Source of the DNA: Butyrivibrio sp.
Lineage (GTDB): Bacteria; Bacillota; Clostridia; Lachnospirales; Lachnospiraceae
NCBI GenBank assembly: GCA_017470505.1
Contig: JAFUYO010000009.1
Span: 1,671 to 65,670 of the forward strand
Reading direction: 5' to 3'
Length of the DNA stretch: 64,000 nucleotides
Both the position numbers and the translations under genes were made by a program. Of the stretch, positions 57,917-64,000 are shown in pieces (positions within the stretch are counted from its first letter, which is position 1; every line of letters starts with the position of its first letter). Below the pieces are notes generated by a model. It did no database searches and was not told where the DNA came from. It worked only from the letters and a program-made list of their open reading frames with translations.

Positions 57917-58867
57917 TCACTGCTCAGGATTTGAAAAATCAATAACCGGGTTATCAGGTTCTGTTGTCTTCTCTACTGAGATTGCCTCAAGAACAGGCCC
58001 CTCTCCCTTGTACTCGGGAACAAACTGTTTGACAACTTTTGCCGTGACAACCACCCAGTCCTTTTCTTTTAAAGAAGGAGCCTTCTCGTAGTCACAGGCA
58101 AATCCCAGAAATTGCATATCCTGCGCACAGCAGGTCATCGCCATTCTCCCCGGGACAAATCTTCCCTCGGGGAATTCCTCGGGCTTTAGCACCATTCCCT
58201 TGAACCTGACATTCTTCCCCTCATATCTCTCGACGTGGTCGAGGGCGTCGAGATAGAACATTCCGTACCCGTAGTTGTTGAGGTCTATGGGATCTGCATT
58301 TAAATCAAAAGGAAGATCCTCATCGAGCGTCACATCAACCTCTCCATTCATATCCTCAAAGATGATGTCCGCTTTCTGGTTGATCGCTTTTACATTTCTC
58401 TTATAGGAGGCGAGGTCCTCAATGCCGTCGCATCTGTTGAAAAGTATCAGGTCGGAGTTTCTGATCTGCTCAGCGAGAAGTGACTTCATGTTGCTGAAAT
58501 ACAGCTCAAAGCTGGATGCGTCAATGACTGTTATCTGCTGCTCGAGATTCCACGTAACAGGAAGACTCAGGTTCTTGAAATTCCACATGCCGTTGTACTC
58601 CACGAGAATCCTCTCGGGATTGTGCTTTGCATCGAGTTTTATGAGTGAGTCGGGATTAAAATCCTCCTCGTTCTCGATAAGTTCAACTACGGTATTGGTA
58701 CTATTAAGGAGCTTATCCTCGTACTCATTTTCACCCTCTTCACAGACAATAAGAAGTGTCTTTCCCTTTGTCCTGAAATAGGGCTGAGCGATTGTATATC
58801 TGAAAAAATCTGTCTTCCCCGCATCGAGGAATCCGTTGATAATATAGACCGGTTTCAAATTCATCAC
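57917..58867 (-). CDS. CobW-like GTP-binding protein with a C-terminal TIGR03943/DUF1980-like domain
   Basis: GFLDAGKT, EYNGMW, C-terminal GRMAMTCCAQD. ATGA overlap with the upstream gene. Confidence 0.75.
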   Translation of the reverse strand: MMNLKPVYIINGFLDAGKTDFFRYTIAQPYFRTKGKTLLIVCEEGENEYEDKLLNSTNTVVELIENEEDFNPDSLIKLDAKHNPERILVEYNGMWNFKNLSLPVTWNLEQQITVIDASSFELYFSNMKSLLAEQIRNSDLILFNRCDGIEDLASYKRNVKAINQKADIIFEDMNGEVDVTLDEDLPFDLNADPIDLNNYGYGMFYLDALDHVERYEGKNVRFKGMVLKPEEFPEGRFVPGRMAMTCCAQDMQFLGFACDYEKAPSLKEKDWVVVTAKVVKQFVPEYKGEGPVLEAISVEKTTEPDNPVIDFSNPEQ

Positions 58868-60069
58868 CCCAATCTCCTGAACAGCTTCTCAAGGTTCTCC
58901 TCCCTGAGCTCTGCTCCTATAACACAGAACTTACCTGTAACGTCGGCCGAGCCGCTTCTGACATCGGCTTCACCGGGAACATAGTCAAACTCGATCCATG
59001 ACCCGTCCTCAGAAGGTACAACACCCTTGCAGCGAAGAACGATTCCATATTCCTCCTCGTTCTCAAGCTTACCCAGCATACTCTCGATCTCGGACTTGTT
59101 GTATTTAAGAGGTGTCTCCATTCCCCAGCTGACAAATATATCGGCTGCGTCGTGGTGATGGTGGTGATGATGCTCGTGGTCATGGTCGTCGTGATCGTGG
59201 TGGTGATGGTGCTCATCCTCATCATGATGGTGGTGATGCTCGTGCTCGTCTTCGTCATGATCGTGATGGTGGTGATGCTCGTGTTCGTCCTCGTCGTGAT
59301 CGTGGTGATGATGCTCGTGCTCATCTTCATCTTCATCATGATCGTGCTTTGATGTGTAAACTACAGAGCCGTCCTCAGCAACTGTCCTTGTGCTGCCGTG
59401 GTCATGGTGGTGATGATGGTGCTCTTCCTCCTGCTCCATGACCATCTTGAGGAGCTCAGCCTCGAGATCATTATTTCCCTCGAAGGTATCAAGTATCTCT
59501 TTTCCTGTGATCTGATTGAGCGGAGTTGTAATAATGGTAGCCTTCCTGTTGTGCTCCCTGATGAGTTCTACTGCTGTCTCGATCTTTTTCTGATCTGCCT
59601 TGTCTGTCCTTGTAAGAATGATCGTTCCTGCATTCTCAATCTGGTTGATAAAGAACTCACCGAAGTTCTTGATGTACACCTTGGCCTTGGATACGTCGAC
59701 AACTGTAACGGCGCTGTTGAGTTCCATGTTGTCATCCGCATCTGCGATGTTCTGGATGGCTCTCATCACATCGGAGAGTTTGCCGACACCTGAGGGCTCG
59801 ATAAGGATTCTCTCAGGCGCGTACTGATCCATTACCTGCTTTAAGGATGTCTCAAAATCACCTACGAGCGAGCAGCAGATGCAGCCCGAATTCATCTCTG
59901 TGATCTCGATTCCTGACTCCTTCAGAAAGCCGCCGTCAATTCCGATCTCGCCGAACTCGTTCTCAATGAGGACAACCTTGGTCCCGGCGAGGGCTTCCTT
60001 TAACAGTTTCTTAATAAGTGTAGTTTTTCCGGCCCCCAAAAAGCCCGAAATTATATCAATTTTTGTCAT
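58864..60069 (-). CDS. CobW/COG0523 G3E GTPase metallochaperone with His-rich insert
   Basis: SGFLGAGKTT, ENEFGE, GCICC, IEPSG, C-terminal R.KG domain. Start ATG 60069. TTGACA-N17-TAGAAT promoter at 60148-60120. Confidence 0.93.
   Translation of the reverse strand: MTKIDIISGFLGAGKTTLIKKLLKEALAGTKVVLIENEFGEIGIDGGFLKESGIEITEMNSGCICCSLVGDFETSLKQVMDQYAPERILIEPSGVGKLSDVMRAIQNIADADDNMELNSAVTVVDVSKAKVYIKNFGEFFINQIENAGTIILTRTDKADQKKIETAVELIREHNRKATIITTPLNQITGKEILDTFEGNNDLEAELLKMVMEQEEEHHHHHHDHGSTRTVAEDGSVVYTSKHDHDEDEDEHEHHHHDHDEDEHEHHHHHDHDEDEHEHHHHHDEDEHHHHHDHDDHDHEHHHHHHHDAADIFVSWGMETPLKYNKSEIESMLGKLENEEEYGIVLRCKGVVPSEDGSWIEFDYVPGEADVRSGSADVTGKFCVIGAELREENLEKLFRRLG
59150..59430 (-). repeat. His/Asp/Glu low-complexity tandem repeat in the CobW gene
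   Basis: Imperfect repeats of HDHDEDEHEHHHH. Confidence 0.9.
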
Positions 60070-60253
60070 GTCTGTCTCCATTCTGCACATATCTGTGCTA
60101 TTACCACTACAACACATCTATTCTATGCAGATGCTCCCGGAATGTCAAGAAAGCGGCTGTCGGGCATACGACAAATGCTACAGTTCCTTATCAACAAAGC
60201 CTGACTCAAAGGCGCTCCGGATCAGTTGTACGCATAGCGGTTTTTATCATTTT

Positions 60254-62860
60254 TCAATCATCTGCTTCAGTTACCGTTTCAACACTTTCGGAGGATGTGT
60301 CTGATTCTTCAGACGATGGGGTATCATCTCCGGAAGAACTTTCTTCATTTTGGTCAGAGTTGCCGGAGTCCGGCTTGTCATCACCGGACTCCTCGTTTTC
60401 GGAATCCCTCGCTGTAGAATTATCGTCCTGACCTTTATCTGATGTTATGTCAGTATCTGCAGCTTCATCATTGGCTGCGGCAGCATCGGTATCTGCGTCG
60501 TCGATCCAGTCGGTGTCCTCTTCAAAGTCAGCAAAAGAGAAGTTCACATCCCCTGCAGGTGCTGCAAAAAGAGACGCTGTGAGAATATTTTTATTAACGT
60601 CTGATGTCGTCTGCACTGTGTTGTTGTAGTCCTTGAGCGAATCTTCGAAAGAAATCCTTGCTGCAGTGATCTGGCCGTGGAACAGTCCGCAGTCGGTCTT
60701 ATACCCGAGGAGCACCTTCTCATTTTTTCCGCAGATAAGAGATTTATGCTCCTGAACGCTGTTTATCTCACCGCCCCTGTTAGCAACGTCCGCAAGAGAG
60801 TACGCTGTCTCATAGTGATAAGGACTCACGCCGTTAAAACTGTTATTACATCTGGGGCAGGTGTACACATAATATGGCTTTCCGCCCTCTCCGTAGTGAT
60901 GGGGCTCCGCGCTCTGAGTGACGCCTGCTGCCGTCCTGACAATATATGTCCTGCTGATCGAGTAGCAGCTGTCGTCATGCTGATGATAAACAGGCTCGTT
61001 GTAGCATCCGCCCATTCTGTCTGCCGATACCATCTCCTCGTCGCACTCATGTCCTGTCCCGTCGTGGTGATAGTGGTAGTCGTATTCAACCGTTCCCTCA
61101 ACTTCGTTTACAGGGAGCACATAGGTTGTGGGGATTTCCTGAATAGCTCTGCAAAAATCTGCAAATGTGGCATCCTCTGCAACTGTTACATTCTTAGTGA
61201 GCAATGCGGATGCCAGCATTTTCTTGACATTACTCACACGCCGAAAAACCTCTTCGAACTTGTTGTTTATATTTTCAATCTCCTCACCCATATATGCTTT
61301 GAGACTGTTTACATTTGTTGTAAGAGCTTCATTTACACCTGCAAAGCCTGTTCCCATGTCGGCCCCAAATCCGTTCAGGCTGTTTGTCATGTTGTCATTA
61401 AGTCCGTTCAAGCTGCTCGTCATGTTATCGTTAAAACCGTTTAAGCTGTTTGTGACGTTGCTGTTAAGTCCGTTTAAGCTGTTATTCACATCGCTGCTAA
61501 GACCGCTCATCGACTTGTTCATATCAGTGTTAAGACCACTTAAACTGTTGTTGACATCATCGCTGAGCCCTTTTAAGTTCTTGTTCATATCAGCATTAAG
61601 ACCGCTGAGACCGCTGTTGACGTCATCGCTCAGCCCGGTCAGAGACTTGTTCATATCGGCATTCAGACCGCTGAGACCATTGTTGACATTTTCACTGAGC
61701 CCGTTCAGTGACTTATTCATATCGGCATTCAGACCGCTGAGACCATTGTTGACATTTTCACTGAGCCCGGTGAGCGACCTGTTCATATCTGCGTTTAGTC
61801 CGCTGAGACCGCTGTTGACATCTTCACTCAGTCCTGTGAGCGACCTGTTCATATCTGCGTTTAGCCCGCTGAGACCGCTGTTGACATCATCGCTCAGCCC
61901 CTTTAAGTTGTTGTTCATGTCCGTGTTCAGGCCGCTGATACTCTTATTCACATCTGTGGTAAGTCCGTCAAGGCTCTTTGTCACATCACTGCCAAGATCC
62001 TTGAACCTGTTTGCCATATCCGCGCCGATCTTGCCAAAGCCGCTACTGACGCTCGACTCAACTTTCTCAATTCTGTTCTCCATCTGCTGGTTCAGAACAG
62101 TCATCTCTGTCTTGAAGTACTCAATTGTCGTGCCGGATGCCTGGGCCATCTTCTCGTTTGATTCGCCAAGCTTCTGAACGAGCTCCTTGTAGTTCTCATC
62201 CATCGCAGTTGTGATATCTCCGTCGCCCTTTTTCATTGCGTCCTTCACCTGATCGATGAGACTTGTCGTGCTCTCCTGGGCCTTGTTGTACTCGTCCTGT
62301 ATCTTTGTAAGCTCCTGCGAAACCTGGTTGAAATTCTCGGAAACCGCTTTTTCCTGCTCCTTGGTGAGGTCGCCCCTCTCTATCGTCTCCTTGAGCTTCT
62401 CGATGTTATTCTCCGTGTTGTTTATGATCTCATGGATCGTCTGCAGGTCGTTATCTAAAACCGTCACCTTGTCTGTCACCTTCTCTGTCATGCTGTTTGT
62501 GATAGTCTCGGTGTTTTCTTTTGTGAGCGTTTCGTTCTCAGTCTCTTTGGCGCTGCTCTTTTCGTAAAACTCCGTCAGAGTGTCATGGCTCTCTGTGATC
62601 GACTTGTCCAGACCGCTTAAGTACTCATGAAGCTCATCGAGCTTTTCTATCGTCTTTTCATTCTCTTCCTTTTCCTGAATCTGCAGCTCCTCTTTGGCTG
62701 TCGCCGTCACTACCGGCGTGCTTAAGTATATCAGCCCTCCGCATAAAACCATGGCGATAACCACCGATACCGCCACAACCACAGTGTCGTGCCTCTTGAG
62801 CTTTTTCATCAAAAGCCTGATTGAATTGTTTTGTTTTGACCATCTCTCTTTTAGTTTCAT
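60254..62860 (-). CDS. Membrane-anchored coiled-coil/tandem-repeat protein
   Basis: N-terminal TM segment, long heptad region, 22-aa repeats, His/Cys-rich domain, acidic tail. Start ATG 62860 after AAAGGA. Confidence 0.85.
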   Translation of the reverse strand: MKLKERWSKQNNSIRLLMKKLKRHDTVVVAVSVVIAMVLCGGLIYLSTPVVTATAKEELQIQEKEENEKTIEKLDELHEYLSGLDKSITESHDTLTEFYEKSSAKETENETLTKENTETITNSMTEKVTDKVTVLDNDLQTIHEIINNTENNIEKLKETIERGDLTKEQEKAVSENFNQVSQELTKIQDEYNKAQESTTSLIDQVKDAMKKGDGDITTAMDENYKELVQKLGESNEKMAQASGTTIEYFKTEMTVLNQQMENRIEKVESSVSSGFGKIGADMANRFKDLGSDVTKSLDGLTTDVNKSISGLNTDMNNNLKGLSDDVNSGLSGLNADMNRSLTGLSEDVNSGLSGLNADMNRSLTGLSENVNNGLSGLNADMNKSLNGLSENVNNGLSGLNADMNKSLTGLSDDVNSGLSGLNADMNKNLKGLSDDVNNSLSGLNTDMNKSMSGLSSDVNNSLNGLNSNVTNSLNGFNDNMTSSLNGLNDNMTNSLNGFGADMGTGFAGVNEALTTNVNSLKAYMGEEIENINNKFEEVFRRVSNVKKMLASALLTKNVTVAEDATFADFCRAIQEIPTTYVLPVNEVEGTVEYDYHYHHDGTGHECDEEMVSADRMGGCYNEPVYHQHDDSCYSISRTYIVRTAAGVTQSAEPHHYGEGGKPYYVYTCPRCNNSFNGVSPYHYETAYSLADVANRGGEINSVQEHKSLICGKNEKVLLGYKTDCGLFHGQITAARISFEDSLKDYNNTVQTTSDVNKNILTASLFAAPAGDVNFSFADFEEDTDWIDDADTDAAAANDEAADTDITSDKGQDDNSTARDSENEESGDDKPDSGNSDQNEESSSGDDTPSSEESDTSSESVETVTEADD
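61475..61936 (-). repeat. Seven 66-bp (22-aa) tandem repeats, flanked by 11-aa half units
   Basis: Consensus SGLNADMN(K/R)SL(T/K)GLS(E/D)(D/N)VN(S/N)GL. Confidence 0.92.
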
Positions 62861-62986
62861 AATCCGTCCTTTCTCTTTTGTGCAGCAAGGACAACGATAT
62901 GGCCTCGCCACAATCATCAGTTAAATAAGTGGAAATCATCGGAAGATAATCCGTGATTACAGTCGGTTGATTACCGACAAGAATTT

Positions 62987-63014
62987 ATTATACATATCCC
63001 GAATAAAAATGCAA
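62987..63014 (-). promoter_or_regulatory. Probable sigmaA promoter of the repeat-protein gene
   Basis: TTGCAT-N16-TATAAT with an A/T-rich upstream element. Confidence 0.55.
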
Positions 63015-63078
63015 GCACTTTTTTCAAAAAAAATTAATTAATTCTGAATATCTGCCCTGGCTTAACCTGATTGAACCC

Positions 63079-63130
63079 CATAAAAAAAGCACCCCGGTGG
63101 ATAAAAATACCACTCAGGTGCTCTTTTATG
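63079..63130. terminator. Terminator downstream of the PH-domain gene
   Basis: CATAAAA..AGCACC..GTGG-loop-CCAC..GGTGCT..TTTTATG. Confidence 0.65.
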
Positions 63131-63185
63131 AACTGCAGCAAAATGACTAAACCTATTCTGTATCAGTTCCCAAGTTCATAAAAAT

Positions 63186-63647
63186 TCAGTTGTCAACGTG
63201 CCCGTCGAGGTCATCATAGCCGTCAATATCGTGGATGTCTCCGGCGCCAAAGCCGATGTTCTGCATACTGACAGTCTTGCGGCGAAGTCTGGCGTCCTCG
63301 GATGCGTGGAGGATAAAGTCCTTAATCTCTTTTCCGTGCCTGATGTTCTTCATGATGATGGTCCTGTCCGTCACATCAGATGTGTAGAGGATGATGGTCG
63401 AAAGGCCTGAAAGCCTCTGCAGAAAGCTCCTCGTAATCTCGACATCGCTTATCTTGTACATGTAGCAGTCATTCTCAGTGATATTCAAAAAACCTTTGAT
63501 GGTGGTAAAATCGTTGTCACGGATCTCATATCTGGTAAAGGTCCAGGGAAGTCCGAACAACAGCCATCTGCTGCGCTCTGAGTATCTGAGTTCTCCCTTT
63601 GATCTTGTGGAAGACTCATACTGCTCAGGATTGGATATCTTTGCCAT
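63186..63647 (-). CDS. Bacterial PH domain-containing protein
   Basis: FGLPWTFTRY...KGFL...YKI.DV...RS..QR..GL.TI...SD. Confidence 0.75.
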   Translation of the reverse strand: MAKISNPEQYESSTRSKGELRYSERSRWLLFGLPWTFTRYEIRDNDFTTIKGFLNITENDCYMYKISDVEITRSFLQRLSGLSTIILYTSDVTDRTIIMKNIRHGKEIKDFILHASEDARLRRKTVSMQNIGFGAGDIHDIDGYDDLDGHVDN

Positions 63648-63664
63648 AATACTGCTCCTTTCTA

Positions 63665-64000
63665 TCAGACCTTAGGGAGATTGTTCAGTGACTTTGAGAG
63701 CTCCTCGTCTGTAGGTATATAATCTGACATCTCGTGGTCGTTGTACTTCTGATATGCGACCATATCAAAGTATCCTGTTCCGGTGAGACCGAATACGATA
63801 TTCTTCTCCTCTCCTGTCTCCTTGCACTTAAGAGCCTCATCGACAGCTACGCGGATCGCATGGCTTGACTCAGGAGCGGGAAGAATGCCCTCAATCCTTG
63901 CGAACATCTCAGCAGCCTCAAACACAGCTGTCTGCTCAACTGACCTTGCGGAGATGATACCCTGGTCGTAGAGCTCTGAGACAACACTGCTCATGCCGTG
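63665..64000 (-). CDS. TrpB-like PLP enzyme (TrpB2), C-terminal part only
   Basis: HGMS, FARIEGILPAPESSHAI, FGLTGTGYFD. The start lies beyond the window. Confidence 0.88.
   Translation of the reverse strand, partial: HGMSSVVSELYDQGIISARSVEQTAVFEAAEMFARIEGILPAPESSHAIRVAVDEALKCKETGEEKNIVFGLTGTGYFDMVAYQKYNDHEMSDYIPTDEELSKSLNNLPKV

Noticed and set aside
58917-59793. Thr/Ile-rich and Met/Val-rich ORFs over the CobW gene
   Set aside because: Alternative-frame and antisense readings of the His/Asp/Glu tract.
61343-61990. Regularly spaced repeats resembling a CRISPR array
   Set aside because: In-frame coding tandem repeats with synonymous variation, no unique spacers and no cas genes.
61167-62177. 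336-aa plus-strand ORF
   Set aside because: Antisense shadow of the 22-aa repeat region. No RBS, and the open frame is explained by repeat codon usage.
62895-62925. Hammerhead ribozyme core (CTGATGA plus a stem) in the fibre-gene leader
   Set aside because: The required GAAA after stem II and the other stems are absent.

Overview
Chromosomal window from an anaerobic Firmicute. Gene content and order suggest Lachnospiraceae, probably Butyrivibrio-like; this is inferred, not searched. The backbone is housekeeping: efp, aroQ, purL-carA-carB, purA, pepD, infC-rpmI-rplT with an L20 leader and ATT start, rpsT, lepA, a trpB2-like gene and two stand-alone tRNAs (Arg-CCG, Ala-CGC). Accessory genes include a beta-glucan phosphorolysis cluster (permuted GH3, GH94, GH161-like), a second GH3, a GH36 alpha-galactosidase, four c-di-GMP proteins, an MCP and a CobW-type metallochaperone pair. 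Four things stand out. (1) An AT-richer block at about 43.0-51.6 kb around tRNA-Ala holds a small-protein plus retropepsin-like gene pair, a ~1370-aa calpain-like protease with an apparent Cys-His-Asp triad, and an 890-aa coiled-coil protein. (2) A family of modular intergenic palindromic repeats with GTTAC/GTAAC ends occurs five times, including one 125-bp MITE-like copy. (3) A membrane-anchored fibre-like protein carries 22-aa tandem repeats. (4) Several structured 5' leaders are unexplained. No integrase, transposase, CRISPR array or rRNA was seen. All calls come from motif recognition by eye; no database searches were run.
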